Source: Sarea resinae (taxonomy: Eukaryota). Taken from it: a DNA stretch of 64,000 nucleotides. This document shows, in pieces, positions 1 to 12,894 of the stretch. The number at the start of each line of letters is the position of its first letter. The first letter of the stretch is position 1. Below the pieces are notes generated by a model. That model did no database searches. It was not told where the DNA came from and saw only the letters and a list, made by a program, of their open reading frames with translations. Both the position numbers and the translations under genes were made by a program. Location of the stretch: contig JAPEUD010000030.1 of the NCBI GenBank assembly GCA_026026165.1, positions 124,001 through 188,000 on the forward strand, read 5' to 3'.

Positions 1-3000
1 CACCTCCGTCAAGCAGCTCCACCGGGGTTGGTCGTCTTCGATCGAAGTCCCCAAGGCTCGACTTTCAGGCAGCCGAAGGTACTCGGGGAGCGGTTATCGT
101 GTTCCAGGTAGCCTGTATCGGAGGAGGCTACCTGGTGATGGGTAGACTTGCTCGACGCCCACCGCGGCCGATACCTCGAGAAAGGTACTCGGGGCGACTT
201 GGGTTCTCATCTGCGGTAAGGTTGGGACTTGGGGCGTGGTGAAGCGAGCAAGCGAGCGAGCGAGCGAGAGCGGTGTCCGGGGGCAGCAGTGCTACATGAT
301 ACAAAGAACGATATTGCCCGTGATAAGAACCTCCCGCGGCGAACCTGGAAGATATCTGATCGGCGTGGAGGAAGAGGACGAACGTGATGATCATAGAGAG
401 AAAGATGAGAGGAGAGAGGCTCGGATACCCTACAGAGACCACGAACCACGAACCACGATCCCTCCTTTCTCCAGCTGCTTGCTATCACTGACTCCCGTCC
501 TTTTCCTCGGCGGTTACAGATGCCAGAATGCCTCGACGGAATGGATGGATTCGACTCATGCAGCCCATGCAGTGGAGCTGGAGTGCAGCAGTGGCAGCAG
601 CTGCAGCGGTCACCCTCCACGCCCTTCGCCCTCCTCGCCCTAGCACGGGAGCCAATGATGGTGTTGCCGCCTGCTTCTCTTCGAAGACGCACAGACACTT
701 TTGGCCGGGAGAGACGAAGAGGAAGGGCCGGGCGCTCTTCCGTCGTCGTCGGTACCTATTTCATCGTGGAAACCAGATATGGAGTTCAGTACCTACTCAT
801 AGTACTTACCTTTGATTACCCCTTTGGTCTAGCTTCGATATATCCATCGCCAATGGCTGGCCGTTAAAGCCTCATGCTGCTTTTCATCTGCTGTCTCACC
901 CGTCGCTGCGCACCTCGGGATCTAACGCCTTGAAGTCCACGCTCGAACACTCGCCCCAGAGCGGCGTCCAGATACCCAGATGTGGCAGTCTGACGGACGG
1001 TTCCCCTCCACTGCCTCTCAGCACCAGATCAGTGTGATTTGTCTGAAGTAGCACAGTGCATCGACCATTGGATCGGCTCCCATCTTATCAGGCAATCTTT
1101 GGTCGGTAAGGTATCATCAAGGGACCATTGATAGCCTCGTGATGCAGCATGAGGGTGTCCTCGGGGCCATCACAGCCAAGGTACCAGCTGCAGGCTCCAG
1201 GATCGTGACACGGCTACGATGTTTATGAAGAGAGATCGTCGCCCCGCTGTTTGCAAACCAATCATTGGATGTAATTCGAGTGAGGCTCTACATAGTACTC
1301 TACGAATCCCGCCCGTGTGCTCTACGGTTTACTTCAGCTGTACTCTTGTTCTTTGTCCTTCTACCGGAGAAGCCTCATGGTGTCTACTTCCGTGGTCACG
1401 ATAATGGAGGCCTCCCTTTATAGCTCTCCACGTTGAAATCGAGGTCGCTCTACCAGTACCCTCGTATTCGAGAACTCGCTGCGGACTCGTGATTCATGGA
1501 TGGGACGCGACGACGATCGGCATGTTGATCCTGCGGCAATACGAGTACTGCGCAGTACATAGTACTATGAGTAGAATACGGTCAATTCCAACCCGCTATG
1601 ATCTCAGATAACGCAATTAATTATCGATAATTGATGATCATCCCCTGATTATGTTCCGCGATGCGATTGGATACACTGCACGACCCGAGTAGATCCGATC
1701 AACAGAGCATTGCATTGCGCAAGACGTCAAGTCACTATCATCAAAGCTCTACTATGAGTATATCATGGCGTCGCGCAATCATGCCAATCAGGAAGACATT
1801 CGGAACGCTTGCCATCATACGATGTTCAGCCTACCTGATGACAATAAGACCGTAATCTCTTCCTTCGTGAGATAGGTGGTGAGTTGCACGTGGCTGGCTA
1901 CCTTGCCGCCCTGTCGGACAGGAAGCCTCAAGCCTGTCAAGACCATAACTCATGAGCTGCTTTAGTTGCCGGATGGTCGCGGATGGTAGCATGACATGTT
2001 TGCTGGATAGCATATCTTGACGACCGTCGAGTTCTGGAGTCGTGCCGTGGGGAGGGATCGAAAAATGGCGGGCCCGCATCTTCCTCCCTGGGGAGTTTGG
2101 AGCACGACAAGATCCGACTCAGACCACGGATCGCTCCTCCAGCTTTCTCCACTACTAGACCTAACCGTACCTTGCCTTGACGTACGCCATCCATGAATCC
2201 AATGTCAAAATACGACGAAGGTTGTCTGTTTCAACAGGTCACATGCGTGCAGTGTTTCGTAGACTTCTTAGAACCATCTTCGAAGGTGTTGAAACACATA
2301 TCAAGTAGGGAAGTCTGGTAGATACGTTGCCTCCCCTTTCAGCCTTAGAATAGCCATCAGCCATGCGTCGCTACTTCGTTGCGCGAAGCATCAAGGCCGG
2401 GCTCAACGAAGCGCTGCGCTGCATAAGGTGACACGGTGACAAGTCTAGGCTCAATCCTGAAGGGGTTCTCCACTGGTCATGCTGTCCTGGATGCTTGTTC
2501 ACACCGCTCGGTGTAGGCAGTAATCCCGAGTATACTGCCGGGCGGGCACCTCTTCCTCATAAATGGGAATGTGCGCCTGTCAGGAATCGACAGTCATGAG
2601 CTTTTCGCAATAGTGTGGCAGTTCCCATGCCCCTTTCTATGTTGACTGATCCCGAAAAGTGTTTGATCTGATCCGACCGTCCTCAATTCTACAGAATGGA
2701 CCAAGTTGTGGAATTGTCAGGGCATGCCTTGATTCCTCCGTCTCTGATTGGCTGGGGCGATGGCTATCGACTCGAGCGAGGACATGGCGGGCGAGAGTCA
2801 TCGCGAACCCCTCCAAGTCATCCATCAGGACTCGACATCAAGGACTCAACATCGACTTGGCTTGCTTGCACTGATTAACATTCTGTCTGCCTTTCTGTGA
2901 ATCCTCATCTCGAAAAGAATTACCAGACGGCTATACGGCTTTACCTGCATCCCCCATTCGACAGATACGCGTTCCCGAGCAACGACCGAGAGTAGCAGCA

Positions 3001-3340
3001 GCCTCAGGCTTGTACGAAGTACTTTGTACCTTCTACGCCACACATACTTTCGTCATCGTGGTTGCCAACGATAACGCCCGGGCAGGATCATCGTTGCGAA
3101 ACATCAGTATCAGGATATTGCGCTCTCAATCGCACAGCTTCACGCATTTTAGAGTCTGAATCTATCCGTCGTCAGTCTAAATCTACGTCGAGCCACGCCG
3201 AAGTCGTTCGTGCGTTTCTTCCTCTTCGGAGTCATCCTCGCTTCCTAGGCACCTTTAAAAACGCCGTGATCCATCGCGATTACAGCGAGGTGCACTTCTG
3301 AAGCGTCTGGAGGACTATCGAAGCCGAGCCCGTATATCAC

Positions 3341-6300
3341 ATGAGTAGCTTTCTTTGGAAATACTACTTTGACAATGATGTGGAAGGTTTTCGACGACTA
3401 CTGGCCCATTCCAGCTCGAATTCTCGATCGAATGCACAGAAAGGAAATACTGGCTGGACGGGAGGGGATGGAGGGGCTTCTCAAGGCAGTCCCGTGGCGG
3501 TGATATCAACTTCACCAACCTTGACCCCGAAGGCGCGCAAAACCACCGGATGGAGCCCTTCGCCCATGGCAGCGAGCGCGAAGAGCCCGAATCCACTCCC
3601 CAGTCTGACATTGACCCGTGCCGATGTCAATTCGAAAGATAGCTACGGTCGGACGCTACTCCATCATATCGCCTCGTCGACATCCGACACAGCCTTTGAA
3701 TTTGCCTCGGCTCTGTTACAGCATCCGCTGGTGGACCTATACGGTCAAGATCTGGAGAATGGCTGGACTTCCTTACATCGAGCGCTCTACTTTGGAAATA
3801 TCGCGATTGCCCGTGCGATTATGAATAAGGACACACAAGATTCATTGGGTCACGGCAACCCCAACATCGCTTATAGAGCGGGAGGACTTGTCAGGATAAA
3901 AGATAGAGAGGGAAACAGCCCCTTTGACCTGTTCGATGCGTCTATCACAAGCAGGGCCTTCAGTCGCCGCGTCATACAGCCCAATCGCTTAGACGGTGAC
4001 AACAACGATGTTCCTGATGAAGCAATATTAGACCATGGCTTCTACGAAGATGAGGGCACGCATAAGAGGGTTCTCATACCACGTGTTGACATCCACGGAG
4101 ACGACGTCTTCACTTTTGGTAGCAACAAGAATCTCACGCTTGGATTCGGGGATGAAGATGATCGGCAATACCCAGAAAGAATCACATTGAAGCGCCCTGA
4201 CCATCTTTTGCAGAGGTTCTATAGGGAACATGAAAGCAAATTTTCCGTCGAGTCACTCTCTGACTCTCTCTCAACGGAAGATTCTGTCGGCGATATCCAA
4301 TCATTGCCGAGGTTGATTCTCAGCAAGGATCTGATCATTCTGGATATAGCGATGTCAAAATTGCATACAGCAGTGTTGACCACAGATCCTGAGTCGAATC
4401 TGTATGTCTGTGGGTTCGGGCCTGGCGGCAGATTGGGTACCGGAGACGAAACTACGCGTTTTACTTTCGTGTGCATCGAAGGTGGAGCTCTGAGTGGAAG
4501 AAAGGTGATCCACGTGGGACTCGGCCAGAATCATACACTGGCAGTCACTGATGATGGATCGATATTTTCATGGGGAACGAATACATACGGTCAATTAGGC
4601 TACGCTTTACCAAAACCCAACCGGAAGGATGACGAACCGATCCAAACCTCACCGCGTCAGATTTTTGGACCCCTGAAAAGAGAGGTCATTATTGGTACTG
4701 CAGCCTCACGTATTCACTCTGTTGTTCATACGGCCTCTTCCCTCTTCACGTTTGGAAAAAACGAAGGACAACTGGGGCTTGTGGACTCGGATGCGCGCTC
4801 GTTGGAAGTGCAGATAACACCTCGTCGGGTGGCTGCATCTCTGTTCTCCTCGCCGATTCACATGGTTTCGGCTATCGACCGTGCCACAACCTGCCTGTTG
4901 GAAAGCCATGAGGTGTGGGTGTTTGCAAATTATGGCTATGCCAAAATCAACTTTCCGCTCGAGAGCTTCTCCAATTACTTCCTAAGCACAACCGCCTTTA
5001 CAACTCGCTTCGATGCACCGAACAATATCTCGAAGATCACTTCTGGCGGAGAGACCATCTGTGCGATGTCCGAAATGGGAGACGTCTTCACAATTGCTGT
5101 TAGCCAGAAAGCAGAGCCTGGGCCTACAGCAGCATCTACCACAAATCCCACGAAGATACGTAATGCCCTTTCGCAACCTGTCAGAGTATGGTCTCTGAAG
5201 AAGGGTCACATGGCTGCTCGTGATGTTGCTGTTGGCCAAGACGGGTCTATCATTCTCTGTACGGAATCTGGATCTGTGTGGAGACGAATCAAGCGCGCTA
5301 AGCTCAAGGACACGGGCTCGTCAACCCTGAGCTATCAAAAGGCCAAGGACTACAAATTTTCGAGAGCGCCTGGCTTGACGCGTGTGACTGCCGTCAGGAG
5401 CAATGTATTCGGCGCATACGCTGCCGTCCGGAAGGAATGTGACATTACGAGGACCGAGATCGTCATCAACGATCAATCACTCTGGAAGGATGTCTCACCT
5501 TTGTTGGCCTTTCGAGACCTTGCGCATAGCGATGAGTCTTCTTCTGAAGAAGAAGCAACGAAGAAAAAACGTGCTTCATTGAATATATCAGATCCATTGA
5601 AGGAACGGGTGTTGACCTCGATCGATGTTGAGGCGGACATTTCTGCCGTCCTTCCTAGATCACCTTCATCTGACTCGAGGTCTTATGATTTGGAAGTTTG
5701 CACTTCAATCTCCGACGTTCGTATACCAGCGCACCAGTTTATGTTTGCAGCGAGAAGCGTTGTCTTGAGAGATGCTTTTCGAGGAGTCCGGGCCTCTGGC
5801 ACATTGAGGATCGCTGATCTCCTAAATCTGTCCCGGGCAAAAAATGGAAAGATCGTTGCTCAGTTCTCTGGATCGGACTTCTTGACCATTCTGAACTTGG
5901 TACTGTACGTTTACGAAGATGATCTCGTCGAATTTTGGCACTTCACTCGATTCGCCCCTCAATCTGCTTTCAGATACAGGCAAATTCGTGTCGAGTTGAT
6001 GAAGATATCGTCACTACTGGAGCTTCGAAAGCTTGAATCCGCTGCAAGGTTGATGGTTGAGCCCGCCAAGGCTCTGACTCTCGACATGGAGTCCGCCGTC
6101 AACGATCCGACCTTTTTTGATGATGGAGATGTCGTCGTGGAACTTTCTGGAGCAGACGTCCGAGCTCATAGTGCTCTGCTATGCCAGCGGTGTCCTTTCT
6201 TCGAGGGGATCTTCCGGGGGCGTGCATCTGGTCTATGGCTTTCTTCTAGGCGTGAACTTAGTAGCAAGCCTACTGAGGCCGTCAAGATAGACTTGAAACA

Positions 6301-8577
6301 TGTCGCCCCTGAGATATTCGAGATTGTCCTTCGCCATATCTATGCAGACACAGGCGAAGAGCTTTTCGACGAGATTGTGACTTCCGATCTGGATGAATTT
6401 CTGGACTTGATCCTGGATGTCATGTCGGTAGCAAATGAGCTTATGATAGACCGGCTGTCCGAGATCTGCCAGAAGGTGCTGGGGAAATTTGGTATTTCCC
6501 CCTTGGCATAGTGATGAAATCAAATATACTGACGTCCGCAGTCAACGCCCGCAACATCTGTCAATTACTCAGCGCTGTTGCTCCCTGCTCTGTCACGGAA
6601 TTCAAGGACATATGCTTAGAATTCATTTGCTTGAACCTGGAGCCCATGCTCGAGTATCAGTGAGTCCAGAAAATCCTTGAGTGCCTCAAGCCTATCTAAT
6701 CACCCTCTAGTTTGCTGGACGAGCTTGATGAAGATCTGCTCTATGAGCTTGATGAAGTGGTTCGTGAAAATCAACGGCAAAGTCTACCATTCGCTAGGCG
6801 CGGTAGAGCAGAGGAGCTGTTGCACCAAAAATACCCCGACCTTGAGAAACTCATTGACGAAGAAAGGCGAACGAAAGTCGACTCCATGGTTTTTCAGGCC
6901 CGTCTCAATGAAGATGACAGTCGTCTTTCGAATTCTTTTCGATCACGGATTGGTAGCTTCGAAGCCTCGCCTGTCCCTGCCCGAAGGAAGATTCGTCAAA
7001 AGTCATTCAAGGGTACCAGGTCCGATCCCATCAGCCCAATACTCAAAGCGAGATCTTCTTTTGCAGACTTGATGTTCGACATGGACGACGAAGAGCTGAA
7101 TGCAGATGATACAAAATCCGCTCGCCGACAAACGCAGAGTCCAGCTGCACTCACAGCCAAGGCCGTCGCGAGCGGGCGTGAGAGCCCTTTGTCTAGTCTA
7201 CCAAAGGCCGAAATGTGGTACAACTCAAAGGGCAAGGCAATAGACTCCTTTACAGAGACGGCATCTTTGGGCCATTCAAATGAGCTGTCAGGTATATTTC
7301 CTGCAGCCGGATCTGCTAGTCAGATGTCACCTTCGGCACCTACAACGGATAGTATGGGAAAACCTTGGGGATCCACTCCTCTGTCATCGTCGAAGCTTGA
7401 TATGAAAGAGATCATGGAGCAAGCTTCCTCGAGCCGAAGATCGAATATCTCATTAGGGCTTCATCCTCAATCAAAGTCGGACCCAAGGCCGCCAAATTCT
7501 ACGGCTGGGAAGCTATCTCAAAAAGAGCGCAAAAAGCAGCAACAGCAGCAACAGCAGCAACTCGCATCTATGCCAGAATCTACTACAAGTGATGCCAAAT
7601 CAGCATCGCCTTGGCAAGTAGCTTCGGCGGGTCCAAAGGTTTCGCTCAAATCTGTGCTCGAGAGTAGAGAAGCAGAACGCGCTTCACCACCGACGACACT
7701 GCAAACGCCTCGGCGTAGTCCTTCAAATGCACCTCTGAACCTCCGTCAGACCATTGCAAACAACGGGCCCGCCACCCGAAAAGCATCATCGAGCGCATCG
7801 GTCCCACAAGTCCCCAAATCGCCGCCGCGTCCATCCTCAAAACCAGAACCGTCATCCCGCACGCTTCCTTCGCCCTCGCAAGCTTCACCATCCCTCAAAC
7901 CGAACCAGCTACAAGCTTCCCCCAATCCGTCCTCTTCTTTACCAATCCAATCGATCCGCCACCAACCCCGCGCCCCTGAGCCGACGCTGCAGCTCTCCAT
8001 GGCCGACATTCTCTCCCAGCAACAGGCCGAAAAAGACGTGATCCGCGACGCGGTGGCGAAACGCAGCTTGCAGGAGATCCAGCAGGAGCAGGAATTCCAA
8101 GAGTGGTGGGATCAGGAGAGTCGGCGCCTCCAAGAGGAGGAAGAGAGGAGTGCAGGAAGAAGCAAGGGCAAGAGCAAGGGGGCTGGCAAGGATGGCAAGG
8201 ATGGCAAGGATGGGAAGGATGGGAAGGATAAGAAAGACAAGAAGGATGGCAAGGACGGAAAGAAGTTGCCGTCAGGTTCTGAGACGAGAGGTGGTAGAGG
8301 TGGACGGGGTAGGGGGCGGGGCAGTGGTAGGGGTGGCAGAGGCCGTGGTGATGTGGATCGTGCCGGTGCCGGTGTCGGTAGTGGTGTTGTGAGAGGGGCG
8401 AGAGAGCAGCGAGGCGGTGGTCATAGTCAGCGGGGTGGTGGTGGTGGTCATGGTCATGGCCAAAGAGGAAGATCTGCCACTGGCGGTGCCGTTGGCGTCG
8501 GAGTCGGAGTCGGAGTCGGGCTCGGGGTCAGTGCTGCTGCTTCCAGCAGTACCGCAGCGGCCAGTGGTGCCCCATAA
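3341..8577 (+). CDS. btb1: Ankyrin + RCC1-repeat + tandem BTB/POZ protein (S. pombe Btb1 / IBTK-like Cul3 adaptor), ~1711 aa, 3 exons (3341-6491, 6542-6659, 6711-8577)
   Basis: Ankyrin motifs (DSYGRTLLH, ENGWTSLHRALYFGN), RCC1 repeats (FTFGSNKNLTLG, GFGPGGRLGTGD, SWGTNTYGQLG), BTB motifs (IPAHQFMFAARS, AHSALLCQRCPFF, LRHIYAD). Introns GTATTT..CTGAC..CAG and GTGAGT..CTAAT..TAG restore the frame. C-terminal 'SLQEIQQEQEFQEWWDQES' is followed by an RGG tail. Confidence 0.92.
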
Positions 8578-9625
8578 TCTCAGAGGCCGCGCCATGTAAG
8601 ATTTTTATATATCTATCTACGTATCTCTTCATCTATTCGTTTATCCGTCTATCCGTCTATCCATCTATCCACCGAACGACGAGAATGAATATCTAGTATC
8701 ACTATCACTATCACTATCACTATTACTACATGTATTCACTACTTTTCGCACACGCGCCACCCTTACTATTTTAATCGTACCTAAGGTACCTACCTTACCT
8801 ATCGATAGATTTTGTAAAAGGGGTGCTTGTTAGATAGAGAGATATATATATATCTCTCTCACTACTATTGTACTATTGTATCACTGTACGTAGGACCGAC
8901 ATATTAATAGCATCTCCTATCCCAGAAGAGAAGAAAGAAAAGAGTACCCGAAAGACCTGAGTGACATACCTACCCGGCCTGATTTGGTTGACCTAAGCTA
9001 ACCTAAGCTACCCTACTGTAAGCTGAGCTAATACCCTAACTTAACCCTGACCTGACCTCACCGGCCTGACTACCTACCTTCTTGACCGAGGTAGGCATCC
9101 TGGTACTTATCGGCCCCCCTTAATCCTCACGAAAAAAGAAACCCCCCCTCCCGAGACCGACCAGCCGGGTCAGAGAAAACAAAAATAAAAAGATGAGAGA
9201 TAAAAATACAGATATCACGCCCTCACCACACGCCTTGCTATGACATAGACGTGTCTCTCCACTTATCGGTCTGCACGTCTGCATGTCTGCATGTCACGTC
9301 GGTTCAGACCAACCATCCATCCATTCAGCCAGCCATGATCCCGTAGCCATAAACACAACCATAACCATGTCCATGTCCAGAGCCACAGCAATGAACATAC
9401 TCATGGCACCGTATCACATCGCATCGCATCGCATCGAAAATTCCCGTTTTCACTTTTTGGAAACCCGCCTTGACCAAAGAAACAGAAAAAACGCCCGTGG
9501 AGACTTTGCTCATGGCGTGTGCCGTTCGTAAACCAAAGATGAAAAGAAGAAAACCACGCCAGCAGAGGCAAACGTATAAGGGCTGTTGGGCCGTGAGAGA
9601 GACCAGCTGCCCAAGGCCACACAGG

Positions 9626-12351
9626 CTACCGCGCATCCTCTCCCGGTCCTCCCTGCACCAGTACAGCAAGGTAGCCATACCGCGTCAGCGCAGTAGGATC
9701 GAACGATTTTTCCTTGCTCGAGCTGCCATTTCCAGAGGCGGCGGTGGTGCTATTAGGTGGACCGGGCCCGCCCGCGGCTGACGACGACGTGTTGGTCGTT
9801 GCAGTGCCACTGGCAGACTGTCGTGGCGACGTCTGCTGCTGCTGTGTCTGAGACTGCGATTGAGAAGATGCCCCGCCGCCGCCGCCGCCACTCTCGCCGA
9901 CGGCCAGATCGGCCAGATGTTGCAAACCGCCTCGGCTAGCGCCACTGCTACTAGAATTGGACAAAGCGGCCGCCGACGAAGATGACGATGGCCCACCACC
10001 ACCCTGCTGCTGAACCTGCGTTTTCTTCCTAACGATCAAATCCCGGATAGCAGAGTCCCAGCCCCAAGCGACAAGAGCGTCCTCCGCACCTACACCGGCA
10101 GCAGAAGGAGAAGCATACCCTCTCTGCATGTCCAACGCATCCACTAGATCCTTGATCCCATTCCACGCTCCCTCCTTCGTCTCGGGGATATCCGCCAGCT
10201 CCGCGAGAGTCAACGCCGTGAGAGCTGCAAAATGATGATTGAGCGGTGTAACGGGCGTATTTGGAGAATCGAGAATGGCGGCCATGCGCAGCGCCGGTGC
10301 CAAAAGATCGTGCGGTTCCGAGGTGAGGGTATGCCGTACTGTGAGGAGGCGCACGTGCCAGTAGGAGAGATGGACGAGCGGGAGCGAAGGCAGAAGAGCG
10401 TCGACGGATTCGCGGAAGCGTTCGATTTCGCCGTGCAGGAGCTTGCCGATTAGCGGAGCCGAGGGTGAGGAAGGAGACATGATGTCGTCCGCTGCAACGA
10501 AGATCGAGGCGAGGTGGCCCACTATGCATGAGAGGCCTGAAGGACAGCATGAGCAAGCTGCTAGACCACAGAAGGACTATCGGTTCATGATGGACTCACG
10601 AGCAAGGTGGAAGGTAGAGTCGCCCAACAATACTTGGTCTACTGGGAGTAACTCTACGCTGGAATCGGGGATGAGCAGCGGGCTTGATGTGCTTGAAGCG
10701 TGCCATCTGTCGAGAATAACCAACACCAACCAATCCCGTCGTGCCAGCTTCTCGTCCGAGTCTGGATCGCCATCTGAAAATCTCTCGCGGTAACGGACCG
10801 CGTGCAGTTTGAGAGCATACGCCAGCCCCACGGCCGCACCGAGCCACACAGCCCGTGGCGGACCAAGTTGGCCCTTCATCGTCGCAGGTCCATGATTGTC
10901 CGCTTCGAGGGCCATGAGGATCATGGTTTGGAGGAAGATGAGGTTTGTAGACATGGTTCGGGTGGCAGCGCTCTCAAATTGGGATGCCGCAATGAGATCG
11001 GAAGCTTTCCGTGTATTCTGAAAGTCCCGAGCGGGAGGCAGATTCGATGAGGGGAATGATCGTACAGCGGAGTAGAGAGCTTCAAGGAACGCTTCTCGCA
11101 AGGTGACAGGGCAATTTGCAAGACGCGAACGTAGTCGAGCTTTTGAATTGGCCAGTAGAGGAAATGTTGGGTGTATTATGCGATAATATCTAGACACGTT
11201 AGCTTGAGTCAGGTCTTCCCAGCCAGTGCGATCATACTCTTCCACCGTTTTATCGTCCCACTCGAGAAGAGCATCACTTCCATCCTGTTCATTCGGTCGT
11301 AGATCGCTCGACTCGTACGGCAGGCTGAGACTTTCACGTCTCCCCGGATCGGAGGCCCCATGTCTCCAGAAAGACTGGGCACTATTCGGTGAGAGCTGAG
11401 GCCGATAGCCAGACGAGATGTGGTTGATGTCAGGTACGGCCGATGTAGACTGCGGCGTTTGCGGATGGACGCCGGAAGCCGGCGGAGGAAGCTGTCTGGC
11501 CGGGTCTTGCGCCGGCCAACCCGGACCCCCAATGGAGGGTAGTTTCTCACTCGGCCGTTGAGGGAGCGTTTGTGCGTATGCTGGAGGGTGCAATGCATCA
11601 GAATCTGAATGTGTTCTCTTTCTGGGATGTCTTGCCCAGCCACCGGTTGAGAGGGGAGGAGAATATCCATCTGAGACTCTAGAAGACGTGCCTTCATCGT
11701 TCACCATCCCGTATTGCATGTCCGGATGTTGGCTTGGCTGGATGGAATTTTCGAGCGTGTTGAGACGGTCGGCCAGCTCTTTGATGTACCTGCCAGATTG
11801 TTACCATTTGAAATCACGATGATTCGCCATTGCGCCTACCCTTTGCTCGGCCCTCTTTTCATAGGCACTCGGCTGAACTGGCAGCGGGTGCCTACTCTCT
11901 TGCAGCTTGAGCATTGTTCCAGCCCAGACTCCGACGTCGCGTCGCAACGGATCTTCGCATGATTAGCACGTCCGTCTACTCACGCCCACGGTCTATGACA
12001 AACCTTCTTCCTTCTGCATTCGTCGCATGCTCTGGACACTTTGGATCTCTTCCTCGGTGCGGTCGGGTCGCCAAAATTGGGGTCTTGGTTCGCATCCATT
12101 CCACCTTGAGCGGCCAATTGCGCAGGCGACGGAGAATGCACCGAGCCATTGCCTTGTTGGGTTGGAGACATCATCTCCTGCCCTTCATTCGTCGATCCCG
12201 TCATCGTTGGGGCGGCATTGCGAGAGATTTGCGCCGAAAGCTGCAGATTGTCCGGCGACGGCAGCCTCTGTTGATTTGAGAAGAATGGAGGAACGCCTTC
12301 GCCGATCTGGCCGGTGCTGGGAGAAGGGTAGGTTTGGGGTGGTGCTTGCAT
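9626..12351 (-). CDS. Zn(II)2Cys6 fungal transcription factor, Rgt1-like ('glucose-responsive TF' type), ~837 aa, 5 exons (12351-12004, 11952-11840, 11789-11238, 11189-10600, 10536-9626)
   Basis: Spliced binuclear cluster RKRSKVSRACDECRRKK|IRCDATSESGLEQCSSCKRVGTRCQFSRVPMKRGPSKG|YIKELADRL; fungal-specific TF domain (YYRIIHPTFPLL, LVILDRWHASS); four canonical introns. Confidence 0.9.
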
Positions 12352-12824
12352 GATGGATTGATTTTGGGGATCTGATCAGACACAGGCGGGACCGATGGGT
12401 ACAAGAGAGCTACCGTGTCGCCACACCACTCGGGGCGAGAAGGTGTGCGTGATGATGTGTCGTGTCGCAAGATGGAGCATGGGAGAGGAGGACTTGGTCG
12501 CGATCGGTTTGCGTTTGTGGTACCGTCAGCTCTCCCAGGATCAAGATCTATCGCCAGCGCAGGCCGCCAAAGGTGCTGGTGAGATGTGAATTGCTCGGTC
12601 AATGCAGCTGCGAGTATTGTGGCAGGGCGCAGACGCGTGCCGTTGTTGATCGCTGATGACCGTGATGGTCGATAGGCAGGTAAATAATGCAACTTCTGGG
12701 ATGTGTTTCTGTTATGGGGACATCGGCATCGGCACCGGAAGAATGAAGTGCCAGCGTTTGAAGAGAGACCGAGGCCAGACGAGACGAGTCGAGACGAGAC
12801 GAGACGGGACGGGAGGGGAGGGGA

Positions 12825-12826
<2 letters not shown>

Positions 12827-12894
<68 letters not shown>
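12827..12894. repeat. Poly-G homopolymer (68 nt)
   Basis: Directly visible; preceded by (GAGAC)n and GGGAG stutters. Confidence 0.95.

Noticed and set aside
1..870. Several overlapping 95-163 aa ORFs at the left edge
   Set aside because: No recognisable domain or codon bias. Probably the leader/promoter of a minus-strand gene outside the window; cannot be resolved here.
8990..9060. Telomere-like CCCTAA/CTAA words (also near 22707-22830)
   Set aside because: No tandem TTAGGG array; consistent with local slippage repeats.
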